Shown here piece after piece: positions 36,843 to 46,780 of a stretch of DNA of 64,000 nucleotides. The notes below the pieces were generated by a model that was not told the origin of the DNA, made no database searches, and saw nothing but the letters and a program-made list of their open reading frames with translations. Made by a program: the position numbers and the translations under genes. Within the stretch, counting starts at the first letter, position 1, and every line of letters starts with the position of its first letter. The DNA comes from Acidimicrobiia bacterium (GTDB lineage Bacteria; Actinomycetota; Acidimicrobiia; Spongiisociales; Spongiisociaceae), in the NCBI GenBank assembly GCA_009838635.1, contig VXRE01000049.1, forward strand, positions 13,349 to 77,348, read 5' to 3'.

Positions 36843-37418
36843 TCAGCCGGGCTGCCGGACTCCGTGGGGGACCGTGTTCCGGATGACGGTTCCGTTGTGG
36901 GTGACGACCGAGTAGACCGGCACCGCCCTCCGGGAGAAGGCGCCGAGTGGGCAGCGGGCGTCGCCCCAGTCGATCATGGCCAGTACGGAGTCGGCCGCCG
37001 ACGGGCTGTCCACGTGGACATCGAACACCAGCCACTGGATGTGGACCGGTTTGTCCTCGAAGCCGTGCTCCCCGCGCAGGTCCAGGTGGGTGGTGATGTT
37101 CATTCGGAGCCCCTCCACCTCGCAACCCGCGAACGGGGCGCCCTTGGCGTACCAGCCGAGCATGCAGAAGGCGATCCCGCTGAGGAAGTACCGGATCGGG
37201 CTCGGGCCCCGCTCGTGTCCGCCCCGCTCGATGGCCTCGTCCCCGAAGAAGGTGAACTCGCGGTCATACTGGACGAACGAGGACCGGACGCTCACGTCTT
37301 CGATGGTCTCTGCCGACACGTAGGGGTGCACCAGCCCGGCGGCGTGGTTGCCGCCCAGTATCTCCACCAAGCCCAGGTAGTTGGACTCCAGCTTGCCGTG
37401 ATCGACGATCCCCATCAT
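36843..37418 (-). CDS. OsmC/Ohr-family-like protein
   Basis: GPSPIRYFLSGIAFCMLGW and a later ..DARCPLG.. resemble the two conserved Cys regions of OsmC-like proteins. Length is 191 aa. Confidence 0.45.
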   Translation of the reverse strand: MMGIVDHGKLESNYLGLVEILGGNHAAGLVHPYVSAETIEDVSVRSSFVQYDREFTFFGDEAIERGGHERGPSPIRYFLSGIAFCMLGWYAKGAPFAGCEVEGLRMNITTHLDLRGEHGFEDKPVHIQWLVFDVHVDSPSAADSVLAMIDWGDARCPLGAFSRRAVPVYSVVTHNGTVIRNTVPHGVRQPG

Positions 37419-38464
37419 TTCCTCCTGTCTGCTTGCGGCACGCCCGACCGGGCGATCTCCTCCCGCACGATCGGTAGTACGGACCCGCTTATCTCCTCCA
37501 GGGTCTCCTCGAAGCGATTGAACTGGTTACGCACGTCGAACGTGAAGTGGTCGAACCCTCGGTTGTAGTACTCAAGGACGCCGTCCGCCACATCGCGGGC
37601 GTCGCCCACCACCACCACGCCCCGGATGTCCTCGAGCGTCCGGAAGGCGCCCCCGGGCGGGGTCACCCAGTTCCTCTTGCCGTCTCGCGACATCCGCTCC
37701 ACGCTCACCCGGCTGCGGGCCCGGTCCCGGTCACCGTCGAGAATCGTGCGGGGTGTGGCTGAGAGGAAGAGACGGTCGATGCTGCCCAGCAACTCCCGCA
37801 TGTAGGAGAGCCGGGCGTCGACGGTGGTGAGCGGGACGGTGCCTGCCAGCCAGCCGTCTGCATGTCGGGCGGCTATCCGGGCTGCCCGCCGGGAAGGACC
37901 ACCGTAGAGGATGGGTAGCGGATGCTCGAGTTTCGGTTCGAGGGAGGCGTGGTGGACCCGGAAGATCTCCCCGTCGAAGGTAACGCCGTTGTCGACCCAC
38001 AGCCGGCGCACGATCTCGATCATCTCCAGGACCGCCTGGTGTTTGCGGTCCGGGTCGATCCCGGCTGCCCTCAACTCACCGCCGTGACCGGCCCCGAAGC
38101 CGGCGATGACGCGCCCGCCGGTGAGGTAGGAGAGGGTGAGGTACTGCTGGGCGACCCTGATCGGGTGGCGCACCGGGATCATCACCCCCGTCCCGATGAC
38201 AAGCCGTTCCACCAGCGTTCCCAGCCCGACCAGGGTGGTGAACGGCTCCAGGAAGGTCATGTCGGTGTGTTCCTCGTGGCTGTGCGGGTGCCAGAGGAGG
38301 TGATCGCGGGCCCACACCGCGTCGAAGCCCAGGTCCTCTATGAGCTTGATTCCCTCGATGAGGCGGGTCCGGGAAGCGTGGGGACCGAAGTGGGGCAGCA
38401 ACACCCCGAAAGTCATCCCCGTCCGGGGCCTCCTAAGGGGATGGCCGTCCAGGTCCCGGCTCAT
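37415..38464 (-). CDS. LLM-class (luciferase-like) flavin/F420-dependent oxidoreductase (copy 1)
   Basis: MTFGVLLPHFGPHAS...GFDAVWARDH is the typical LLM N-terminus. The probable real start is the internal Met at about 38416. Confidence 0.7.
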   Translation of the reverse strand: MSRDLDGHPLRRPRTGMTFGVLLPHFGPHASRTRLIEGIKLIEDLGFDAVWARDHLLWHPHSHEEHTDMTFLEPFTTLVGLGTLVERLVIGTGVMIPVRHPIRVAQQYLTLSYLTGGRVIAGFGAGHGGELRAAGIDPDRKHQAVLEMIEIVRRLWVDNGVTFDGEIFRVHHASLEPKLEHPLPILYGGPSRRAARIAARHADGWLAGTVPLTTVDARLSYMRELLGSIDRLFLSATPRTILDGDRDRARSRVSVERMSRDGKRNWVTPPGGAFRTLEDIRGVVVVGDARDVADGVLEYYNRGFDHFTFDVRNQFNRFEETLEEISGSVLPIVREEIARSGVPQADRRK

Positions 38465-38575
38465 ACCAGCTCCGGCGGTGGCGTGGGGATGAGCGTCCGG
38501 GTGCCGGGCCGCTCTAGAACGGTCCGGGAGCTTCCGTGTCCGATGGTGCTCACCGCCGCTTCGAACCCTCGGAGT

Positions 38576-39592
38576 TCAGAATGCCTTAGGTCGCCAGGAG
38601 GACAACCGGGACTCGACCGCCTTGGTGATGGTGATCATGATCCCTCCGATCACCATCAGTAGCAGGGCCATGGCGAACAGCCGGTCGGTGTGGTAGGCAG
38701 CCCGGGCGTCCCGGATCACGAAGCCCAGTCCGGGCACCCCGATCAGGAACTCGGCCACGATCACCGCGATCAGACCACGTTGCACGGCGATGCGGAGACC
38801 GGTGGCCAGGAACGGGACGGCGCCGGGCAGGAGGATCTTCAGGAACATGTGCCGGTCGCGTGCGACGAGCAGCCCCACCGTGCCGAACAGCAGTACCAAA
38901 CCCTGAATGAGGCTCAGCCATCCCGCAGCCGTACCCAGGAAGGTGACGACGAGGAGGACGGCCCCGACCCATTCCTCGACCACGCCCTTGCCCGACCTCA
39001 GGTTGAAGGCATAGGAGATCTCGTTGTACTCCTTCATCAACTCGTGCACCCCCGCCGCGGTGGAGAAGGCGATCAGGACCGAGCAGGCCACCACCACGCT
39101 GGCGATCACGAACCTGGAGAAGGGAATCTCGACCCCGGCCGCCAGGAAGTTGTCTGCGATGCCGAACCAGATGACCATGATCGGGACGAAGGCCACACGT
39201 GGGACCGAATAGACGGCTGCCAGGTAGGGATCGAGCGCCACCCGGAACACCCGGTACCGGCCGATCAGGAAACCAAGGGTCACCCCCACGATGAACGAGA
39301 GCACCATGCCGATCAGCAGGGCTCCCATGGACTTCATGAGCAGTACCGGGAAGCTCCCCTCGATGTAGGGAAGCACCTGCTCGGCGCCGAGGAGCCTCCA
39401 CAACTCGGCGAGCGTCAGGCTCGGCTGCGAGTACCACTCGGGCTTCCGGGCGCCGAACACCTCCCAGAGCCCCAGGAAGACCACGACTCCGGTCAGTTGA
39501 AGGATCCTCACCCGGCTGATCCGGAACGGGCTACGGGTCTCCCCGCCAGTCTGGACGGCGCCGTCTCCGCTGTCTGTCGAAGTCTCGGCCAT
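38576..39592 (-). CDS. ABC transporter permease, NitT/TauT family
   Basis: It has 6 TM helices and the EAA-like loop. The start is at MAETSTD, since the ORF-track upstream extension is out-of-frame read-through. Its ATG overlaps the stop of the upstream permease (ATGA). Confidence 0.8.
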   Translation of the reverse strand: MAETSTDSGDGAVQTGGETRSPFRISRVRILQLTGVVVFLGLWEVFGARKPEWYSQPSLTLAELWRLLGAEQVLPYIEGSFPVLLMKSMGALLIGMVLSFIVGVTLGFLIGRYRVFRVALDPYLAAVYSVPRVAFVPIMVIWFGIADNFLAAGVEIPFSRFVIASVVVACSVLIAFSTAAGVHELMKEYNEISYAFNLRSGKGVVEEWVGAVLLVVTFLGTAAGWLSLIQGLVLLFGTVGLLVARDRHMFLKILLPGAVPFLATGLRIAVQRGLIAVIVAEFLIGVPGLGFVIRDARAAYHTDRLFAMALLLMVIGGIMITITKAVESRLSSWRPKAF

Positions 39593-40437
39593 CACGTGGC
39601 CTCCATGGTGCTCCACGGGGTCACCCAACGCTCGAGCAGCCGCAGGCCGAGGTTGATCGACACTCCCACCGCCATGACGGTCAGCATGCCCGCGAAGGTC
39701 GTGTGCATCCGGTATTCGTTGGTCTGGTTGGCTATCAGCCCCCCTATCCCGTTGGCCTCGAGGAAGAAGCCGGCCAGCACCACGCCGACCATCCCGTGCA
39801 GGAGGCCCAGGCGGAGCCCGGTGATGATGTAGGGCGCGGTAGCCGGCGCGATGATCTTGGTGAGCATCATGCCCTCCGGGATCGAGTATGACCTGGCCAC
39901 GTCCACGTACTCGGCGTTCGTCACCTTGATGCCGTCGCGAACGGTGAAGAAGACCTCGAAGAAGCTGAAGAGGATCACTATCAGCACCTTGGCGTTGAAC
40001 TGGAAGCCCAGCCAGAGGGCGATGATCGGCAGCAGGGCGATCTTGGGCGTCATGAACACACCCACGAACACCGGCTCGACGGTGTTGTCGATCGAGCGGT
40101 ACCGTCCCATGACGAAGCCCAGAATGATTCCGGCCACGGCCGAAATCGCCAGGGCGGTGAACATGATGGCCAGGTCGGACCGCCACGCCTTCCACAGGTC
40201 GCCGCTGACGGTCATCTCCCATAGCGCATCCCAGGTCCTGGTCACCGAGGCGAAGGTGACGGTGCTGGTGCGCCTGCCGAAGACCTCCCAGCCGGTGAGG
40301 ATGACGGCGAGAGTCAGGATCCGGATCAGCCAACTCGATTGGAACACCGCCAGGAAGCGCAGCAGGGGGCGGCTCCACCCGGCAGCCAGGATCGCGGAAC
40401 CCTGCTCCCGGTGGGTCAGCGTGTCGACTGCGGCCAT
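39592..40437 (-). CDS. ABC transporter permease, NitT/TauT family (second permease)
   Basis: It is hydrophobic with 6 TM. The start is at MAAVDTLTHREQ, with GGGGAG 9 nt upstream. Confidence 0.8.
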   Translation of the reverse strand: MAAVDTLTHREQGSAILAAGWSRPLLRFLAVFQSSWLIRILTLAVILTGWEVFGRRTSTVTFASVTRTWDALWEMTVSGDLWKAWRSDLAIMFTALAISAVAGIILGFVMGRYRSIDNTVEPVFVGVFMTPKIALLPIIALWLGFQFNAKVLIVILFSFFEVFFTVRDGIKVTNAEYVDVARSYSIPEGMMLTKIIAPATAPYIITGLRLGLLHGMVGVVLAGFFLEANGIGGLIANQTNEYRMHTTFAGMLTVMAVGVSINLGLRLLERWVTPWSTMEAT

Positions 40438-40636
40438 ATCCAATAGCTCCCCATCTGATGACCCCGGGAGTGGCACCGGCCAGCCCGGCAACCGGTAACA
40501 GGCTGCCTTCAGGACGGCTCGAACCCTTACGGAAACCTTAGTCCCACGCTCCGCAGCCGTATGGACACCTTGTGGGCCTGCCGCATCCCGGAGGAAACCG
40601 GTAGGCCCACAGGTTCATTTCGTCGTGTCGTCTGCT

Positions 40637-42778
40637 CTATCGCCGCCCGAGAATGTCCAGTGCCTGGTCTTGGAACTCGAAGGTGACCAGTTCCTCGACC
40701 GTGTAGGCCCGGTCGACCGCCTCGAACGCGAGCGATGTGTCCAGGGTGGTCTGCATCAGGTCGTAGTCGAGGGAACCGTTGACCGGCCACATGTCCAACT
40801 CATGGATGAGCCCGTCGTAATCGATCGAGGCAGCTTCCGCGGTAAGGCGCTCGTTCACCGACATGGCGTACTCGATCCACTGCTGCTTGTCCTCCTGCGC
40901 CCAACGCGCCGACTTCAACGACGCGATGTTGAACGCCAGCGCCATGTCAGGATTGGCCTCCACCCAGGCCCTCTCGGCATACCACACCGAAGAGATCTGG
41001 GGGGCCGCCTCCCAACCCGCACAAAGCATGTTGTAAGCGCCCACGCCCTCATTCAGAGTGAGCTGGGTGAGACGCCAGGTAGCCGAGATGCCGCCGACAA
41101 CCTGACCCGACGAGATCGCCTGGGTCGCCTCACCCGTATGGGCCAGCCGCACCAGCTGCACATCGTCCACGGTCATGCCCACATCCGCCAGACACTTCTG
41201 GAGAGTCTGGCCCGTGATCTGGTTAAGGCTCTGAGTCGCCGCCACGGGCTGGCCCCGCAACTCCTCCATCGAGCTGATCGGCGCCTTGGCCGCGATGATG
41301 AACGAGTTCTTCTGATCGTCACCACCGAAGGCGACGAAGTCCGAACCCGCCGAGACGGCATTCGCCATACCCGCCAGGGAGAGCTGGCCCACGTCCACCT
41401 CACCGGCGATCGTGGCCGCCACCAGCGGATCGGAGTCCAGCAGGCGGAACTCCACATCGAGACCGAAGTCATCCCGCAAGAAGTCCATCGTCCGGAACGC
41501 ACCCGTCAACGAAGCGTTCGGGAAGCCTGAACTACCCACCACCACCGACTGGCCCTCGATCCGGGACCGGATGTCGGCGATCACCGCATCCGGATCCATC
41601 ATCGCATCGTCTGCCATGGAGATGTCGGGATTGCGCTCGGCTGTCCCGAGGATCTCAAGTGCCTTGTCCTGGAACTCGAAGGTGACCAGTTCCTCCACGG
41701 TGTACTCACGGTCGACCGCCTCGAACTCGAAGGAGGTATCCAACGTGGTCTGCAAGAGGTCGTATTCGAGGGAGCCATTGACCGGCCACATGTCCAGCTC
41801 GCCCAAGAGGCTGTCGTAGTCGAGCGACGCAGCCTCCGGGGTAAGGCGCTCGTTCACCGACATGGCGTACTCGATCCAGCGCTGCTTGTCCTCCTGCGCC
41901 CAACGCGCCGACTTCAACGACGCGATGTTGAACGCCAGCGCCATGTCAGGATTGGCCTCCACCCAGGCCCTCTCGGCATACCACACCGAAGAGATCTGGG
42001 GGGCCGCCTCCCAACCCGCACAAAGCATGTTGTAAGCGCCCACGCCCTCATTCAGAGTGAGCTGGGTGAGACGCCAGGTAGCCGAGATGCCGCCGACAAC
42101 CTGACCCGACGAGATCGCCTGGGTCGCCTCACCCGTATGGGCCAGCCGCACCAGCTGCACATCGTCCACGGTCATGCCCACATCCGCCAGACACTTCTGG
42201 AGAGTCTGGCCCGTGATCTGGTTAAGGCTCTGAGTCGCCGCCACGGGCTGGCCCCGCAACTCCTCCATCGAGCTGATCGGCGCCTTGGCCGCGATGATGA
42301 ACGAGTTCTTCTGATCGTCACCACCGAAGGCGACGAAGTCCGAACCCGCCGAGACGGCATTCGCCATACCCGCCAGGGAGAGCTGGCCCACGTCCACCTC
42401 ACCGGCGATCGTGGCCGCCACCAGCGGATCGGAGTCCAGCAGGCGGAACTCCACATCGAGACCGAAGTCATCCCGCAAGAAGTCCATCGTCCGGAACGCA
42501 CCCGTCAACGAAGCGTTCGGGAAGCCCGAGCTACCCACCACCACCGACTGGCCCTCGATCCGGGACCGGATGTCGGCGATCGTCTCGGCCTCATCCATCA
42601 TCCCATCGTCGGCCGGAGCCGTCTCGGTGGGCGTGTCGTCGGCCGGGGCCTGGGTGGCCTGGGTGGTGGCCTGCGTTGCGGGGGCTTGGGTCGTGGCGGC
42701 GGGTTCCTCATCCGCGCCGCAAGCCGCCACAAGCAAGGCAAAGCCCAACAGCAGTGCCATTAGCCGCATGTGTCTCAT
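40637..42778 (-). CDS. ABC transporter substrate-binding lipoprotein (NMT1/SsuA/TauA-like) containing two tandem substrate-binding domains
   Basis: The signal peptide has a lipobox (LLVAACG) and a TTQAP-rich linker. Two SBP modules of about 330 aa follow: the first 250 residues are identical between copies and the last 80 are about 75% identical. Confidence 0.75.
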   Translation of the reverse strand: MRHMRLMALLLGFALLVAACGADEEPAATTQAPATQATTQATQAPADDTPTETAPADDGMMDEAETIADIRSRIEGQSVVVGSSGFPNASLTGAFRTMDFLRDDFGLDVEFRLLDSDPLVAATIAGEVDVGQLSLAGMANAVSAGSDFVAFGGDDQKNSFIIAAKAPISSMEELRGQPVAATQSLNQITGQTLQKCLADVGMTVDDVQLVRLAHTGEATQAISSGQVVGGISATWRLTQLTLNEGVGAYNMLCAGWEAAPQISSVWYAERAWVEANPDMALAFNIASLKSARWAQEDKQRWIEYAMSVNERLTPEAASLDYDSLLGELDMWPVNGSLEYDLLQTTLDTSFEFEAVDREYTVEELVTFEFQDKALEILGTAERNPDISMADDAMMDPDAVIADIRSRIEGQSVVVGSSGFPNASLTGAFRTMDFLRDDFGLDVEFRLLDSDPLVAATIAGEVDVGQLSLAGMANAVSAGSDFVAFGGDDQKNSFIIAAKAPISSMEELRGQPVAATQSLNQITGQTLQKCLADVGMTVDDVQLVRLAHTGEATQAISSGQVVGGISATWRLTQLTLNEGVGAYNMLCAGWEAAPQISSVWYAERAWVEANPDMALAFNIASLKSARWAQEDKQQWIEYAMSVNERLTAEAASIDYDGLIHELDMWPVNGSLDYDLMQTTLDTSLAFEAVDRAYTVEELVTFEFQDQALDILGRR
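40640..42640. repeat. Direct tandem duplication with a 999-bp period (two units) inside the SBP gene. About 750 bp of each unit is >99% identical at the nucleotide level, and the 3'-proximal 240 bp (gene orientation) is diverged.
   Basis: Read directly: 40861-41620 equals 41861-42620 except for about 4 substitutions. Sub-ORFs in the track are duplicated accordingly (for example 41173-41502 versus 42172-42501). Confidence 0.85.
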
Positions 42779-42878
42779 CTGAACTTCCTCCCGTCGCTAG
42801 CTGGTGGGCAAGGAGCCCGCCACCGGTCGCGCGGTGCTACCTCCCGTCTCCGGCAGGTAGCCAATCGCCTGCCGCATA

Positions 42879-42888
42879 ATGTATACAG
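42879..42888. promoter_or_regulatory. ATGTATACAG palindrome-core upstream of the SBP-permease operon. This is a putative operator, related to CTGTATACAG at 32506.
   Basis: Read directly, about 100 bp upstream of the SBP start codon on the minus strand. Confidence 0.4.
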
Positions 42889-43082
42889 CGCGGTCTACCC
42901 GCGCAACTGGTCTGCGACACGGCACGACCGCTGAGCCGGTTCCAGGAGCGTGCTGAAGAAGACGGAGAGGGGTGGCCGCAACACTTCTACGTGCGGGGGC
43001 GTCTCCCGTTGTCGGGCCAACCGGACACTCTTCGGTCCCCCCTCGCAAGGGGGGTTCCAGGCCGGCTCGAGAGTCCCGAGGA

Positions 43083-44051
43083 TCACGATGCCGAGAACGA
43101 TGGGAGGACCTCGGCCCCCAGTTGCTCGATGCCTTCCTCGAAGGCGTCCATTCGCTCCCGTAGATCGAGTACCACCTCATCCACCCCGCGGGCTTCGAGC
43201 TGGTGGAGTTCCTCGATCACATCATCAGCCGTGCCTGCGATCAGCGCTCCCCGCAGGTCCGCCGCCGTGTCGAACGGTCCGTCCGGACGCCAGGCCGGCT
43301 TCCTGCGGGACTCCTCGAGGATTCCCTCTACGTTGACCTTGGCCAATGCGCGCTCCCGGCTCCGGTCGAGGGAGACCAGCGGGACGATGGCGATCCGCAT
43401 CGTCTTGCCGGCCGCGCCGGCCTCCTCCTCGAGCCTTGCCGACAGGCGGTCGAACACCCTTAGCGGGCAGCGGCCGGGGAACCAACCGTCAGTGAAGCGG
43501 ACCGCTCGACGGATGGCCGCCAGGCTGGAACCGCAGTAGAGAAGCGTCAGATCCCGGGGAGGGGCCGGATCGAGGGTCAGGTCGTCGAAGCTGATCAGGG
43601 TGCCGCGATGGGAGGCGCGGGGATGCGCCGTGGCACGTAGGACGGTCACCATCTCCTCGAAGAGGGCAATGCGGTCGTCGACCGAGAGCCCTGCCAGGCG
43701 GAAGGCGTTCGGCTGACCCCCCAAGCCCACACCGAGCGCCATCCGGCCGCGGGCGAGGTGGGCGAGGGATCCCACCAGCTGGGCGAGCACCACGGGCGGG
43801 CGAATCGGGGTCAGGGTCGCCATGCCCACGGTCAGTTCGGTGGTTGCCGCCACGGCGCTCATGGCGATGAAAGGATCCACGAAGTGGTGGCTGGGGTTCT
43901 CGAACGACACGCCACCCGTGAAGCCCAGCTGGTCCCGGAAGTAGACGCTGGAGAACCCGAGTTCCTGGAGGCGCGGCCCGATCGCGAACACCCGGTCCCA
44001 GGTCGAGTGCGGGCCGAAGTGGGGCACGAGTAGGCCGAAGGAGAGGCTCAT
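43083..44051 (-). CDS. LLM-class flavin/F420-dependent oxidoreductase (copy 2)
   Basis: It begins MSLSFGLLVPHFGPHST, is 322 aa, and has a luciferase-like TIM-barrel profile. Confidence 0.7.
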   Translation of the reverse strand: MSLSFGLLVPHFGPHSTWDRVFAIGPRLQELGFSSVYFRDQLGFTGGVSFENPSHHFVDPFIAMSAVAATTELTVGMATLTPIRPPVVLAQLVGSLAHLARGRMALGVGLGGQPNAFRLAGLSVDDRIALFEEMVTVLRATAHPRASHRGTLISFDDLTLDPAPPRDLTLLYCGSSLAAIRRAVRFTDGWFPGRCPLRVFDRLSARLEEEAGAAGKTMRIAIVPLVSLDRSRERALAKVNVEGILEESRRKPAWRPDGPFDTAADLRGALIAGTADDVIEELHQLEARGVDEVVLDLRERMDAFEEGIEQLGAEVLPSFSAS

Positions 44052-44077
44052 CGCTGCCGGGAATTCAACGCTGCCGG

Positions 44078-45292
44078 GTGTTCATCGGTCCGGTCATCGT
44101 ATACGATCAGCCCGTGCCTGCCGGTGCTGAAGGACCCGTCCGGGTGGCCGTTGTGCAGGCGGCCCCGGTGTTTCTGGATCGGGCCGCGTCCGTGCGCAAG
44201 GCGTGCGGCCTGATCGATGAGGCCGGAGCCGCCGGTGCTCGCCTGGTCGCATTCGGTGAGAGCTTCCTTCCGGGACACCCGATCTGGTTCCACGCCCTGC
44301 CCCCCACGGCCGGCCGTTCGAGGGAACTCGCCACAGCCATGGTGGAGAACGCCCTGACGGTTCCGGGCCCGGAGAGCGATCTGCTGTGCGAGGCCGCCCG
44401 CCGCGCCGGAGCGATGGTCGTGATCGGTCTCGTCGAGCGTCCCGACCCCGGGGTGAGCGTGGTATTCGATAGCCAGATGGTGCTGTCCCCGGATGGTGCG
44501 ATGCTCGGCGTGCGCCGGAAGCTGGTTCCGGCAGTGGGTGAGCGGGTCTTCTTCCACCCGGGCGGCGGGGAATCGATCCGCGTGTTCGACTCGCCGTGGG
44601 GGCCGGTGAGCGTGCTGGCGGGAGGGGAGAACTCCAACCCATTGCTCACCTACGCCATGCGCACTCTGAGCGCCCGGATCCACGTGGCTCTCTGGCCCCC
44701 GCATTTCCACGCTCCCGGCGTGATGCAGAATGTGGTGTCCATAACCGGGCGGGCCGTGGCCTACCAGAACACGGCCCACGTGCTCTCGGTGGCCGCCGCC
44801 TCGGATGCGGAGGCCGTGGAGCGGGTGGCGCCGGACGCCGCGCATCGGGCCAACCTCATGACGATGACCGAGGAGCCCGGCTCGATGATCTACGCGCCGG
44901 GTGGCAGGATCCTGGCCGGTCCCCAGCAGGGCGAGGGAATCCTCTACGCCGACATCGACCCGGACGCCGGAACCTGGGCGCAACTGGTCAACCGCCAGTA
45001 CGACCGACCCGACCTCCTGCGGCTTTCCTGGGGTGGGCAGGAAGGCACCCTTCCGGCGGAACCTGGCGGTCGCGTCGAGGGGGACCCCGAGCAAGACTCC
45101 CCCACGGACGAAGACCTGGCGGCCCGCGCCCGGCTCCTGATCCGGGAGAGGTTCGGCGACGCGCTCGATCCCGACGACTCCGAGGGGCTGGTTCCCTACG
45201 TGGTGCAGATACTGCGCCGGTCCGGAAGGCTGGCCGAGCGCGTCCCGGACTCCACCGATCCGCGGACCGCCCTCTACGCGGGCGAGCGTTGA
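44078..45292 (+). CDS. Nitrilase-superfamily (carbon-nitrogen hydrolase) homologue lacking the catalytic cysteine, with a 100-aa acidic C-terminal extension
   Basis: VRVAVVQAAPVFLD, the Glu motif LVAFGESF, and the Lys motif RRKLVP are present. The Cys motif position reads VLAGGENSNPLL where the neighbouring paralogue has AVCWENYMPLL. Confidence 0.7.
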   Translation: MFIGPVIVYDQPVPAGAEGPVRVAVVQAAPVFLDRAASVRKACGLIDEAGAAGARLVAFGESFLPGHPIWFHALPPTAGRSRELATAMVENALTVPGPESDLLCEAARRAGAMVVIGLVERPDPGVSVVFDSQMVLSPDGAMLGVRRKLVPAVGERVFFHPGGGESIRVFDSPWGPVSVLAGGENSNPLLTYAMRTLSARIHVALWPPHFHAPGVMQNVVSITGRAVAYQNTAHVLSVAAASDAEAVERVAPDAAHRANLMTMTEEPGSMIYAPGGRILAGPQQGEGILYADIDPDAGTWAQLVNRQYDRPDLLRLSWGGQEGTLPAEPGGRVEGDPEQDSPTDEDLAARARLLIRERFGDALDPDDSEGLVPYVVQILRRSGRLAERVPDSTDPRTALYAGER

Positions 45293-46749
45293 GCGATAGC
45301 ATCGCGCTCGCCTCCATCACCGAGGTCGCAAGTCGTATCTCGGCCGGGGAGGTCTCTCCCGTCGATCTGGTCTCCGGAACGCTCGACCGCATCCGGACCC
45401 TGGACCCAGTCCTGCGGGCCTACGTCACCGTGTTCGAAGAGGAAGCGCTGGCCGGTGCCAGGGTCGCCGCGGACGAGATCGCGGGCGGGAACCACCGCGG
45501 GCCGCTGCACGGCATCCCGGTGGCGGTGAAGGACAACGTTGCGGTGGCGGGCCACCCCACGACCAACGGATCGGTGCTCTGGGCGGATCACAAGACCGAC
45601 TTCGATGCGGAGGTCGTCACCCGCCTCCGGCGAGCCGGGGCCATCCTCCTCGGGAAGAACAACATGCACGAGTGGGGAATGGGGGGTACCTGCAAGGACA
45701 TGCACTTCGGCACGGTACGCAACCCCTGGGATCCGGCCCGCATACCGGGCGGCTCGAGCGGAGGCTCCGCCGCCGCCGTGAGCGCCGGGATGGCCTGGGC
45801 CGCGGTCGGCACCGACGGGTGGGGCTCGATCCGGACGCCGGCATCGTATTGCGGTGTGGTCGGACTGATGCCCACCCACGGGCTGGCCAGCCGCTTCGGG
45901 GAGTTGCCTCCCACCAGCTCCTGGCATCACACCATCGGCCCCATCACGAGGACGGTCGGGGATGCCGCAACCCTGCTCGATGTCATGGCCGGACACGATC
46001 CCAAGGACCCGACGTCCATCCATTCCGGCTTCGAGGGTTCCTACCGCGACGGCTTGGCAAGGGGAACGAGTCGCCTGAGGGTGGGCTTGCCCGGTTCCTA
46101 TTTCTTCGACGACGCCCTCGCTGAGGTGGAGGAGATCGTACGTGACGCGGCCCGGGTCCTCGAAGACCTGGGAGCGGAGGTCGAGGAGGTGGACCTGTCG
46201 GCCTTCTACGAGATTCCCCTGGCGCTGGCGGCCGCCCAGCACGAGTCGCAGTCGCTTCTCCTTCCGCACGCCCTCGCCCGTCCGGAAGGCTTCGCCACGC
46301 CCGAAATCCGCTACAGGATCCTGGCCGGGGAGTTTGTGTCGGCAGCCGATCACCGCAGGGGTATGCAGGTGCGCAACGAGATCCGCGCCGGGGTTGCCCG
46401 CGTATTCGAGGCAGTGGATGTGGTGCTCACCCCGTGCAACTCCACCGTGGCCTTCCCCATCGACGCCCGCCATGTCGGGATCGGTGGGGGAAGGTGTGTG
46501 GACCTGGACCAGCCGGGAGCGCAGAGCAGGCTCACCACGCGGCTCACCCTGCCCTGGAACATGGCCGGTGTGCCGGCGGTATCCATCCCGTCCGGCCGCT
46601 ACATCGACGGCCTACCGGTGGGCCTGCAGCTGTCGGCGCGCCGGCTGCACGAGTCCCTGCTGCTCCGTGTCGCGGCAGCCTACGAAGCGGCCGCCGGGGG
46701 TTACCGGCCGCCTCCGCTACCTGGAGTCGGTGAGAACCCGGTTGTCTGA
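45289..46749 (+). CDS. Amidase-signature family amidase (GatA-like Ser-cisSer-Lys hydrolase)
   Basis: GIPVAVKDN and GGSSGGSAAAVSAG motifs are present. A TTG start overlaps the nitrilase-like stop (TTGA), and the ORF-track 5' extension is rejected. Confidence 0.8.
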   Translation: MSDSIALASITEVASRISAGEVSPVDLVSGTLDRIRTLDPVLRAYVTVFEEEALAGARVAADEIAGGNHRGPLHGIPVAVKDNVAVAGHPTTNGSVLWADHKTDFDAEVVTRLRRAGAILLGKNNMHEWGMGGTCKDMHFGTVRNPWDPARIPGGSSGGSAAAVSAGMAWAAVGTDGWGSIRTPASYCGVVGLMPTHGLASRFGELPPTSSWHHTIGPITRTVGDAATLLDVMAGHDPKDPTSIHSGFEGSYRDGLARGTSRLRVGLPGSYFFDDALAEVEEIVRDAARVLEDLGAEVEEVDLSAFYEIPLALAAAQHESQSLLLPHALARPEGFATPEIRYRILAGEFVSAADHRRGMQVRNEIRAGVARVFEAVDVVLTPCNSTVAFPIDARHVGIGGGRCVDLDQPGAQSRLTTRLTLPWNMAGVPAVSIPSGRYIDGLPVGLQLSARRLHESLLLRVAAAYEAAAGGYRPPPLPGVGENPVV

Positions 46750-46780
46750 TGGCGTGTCCGGCACACGGAAGCCGAGCGTG

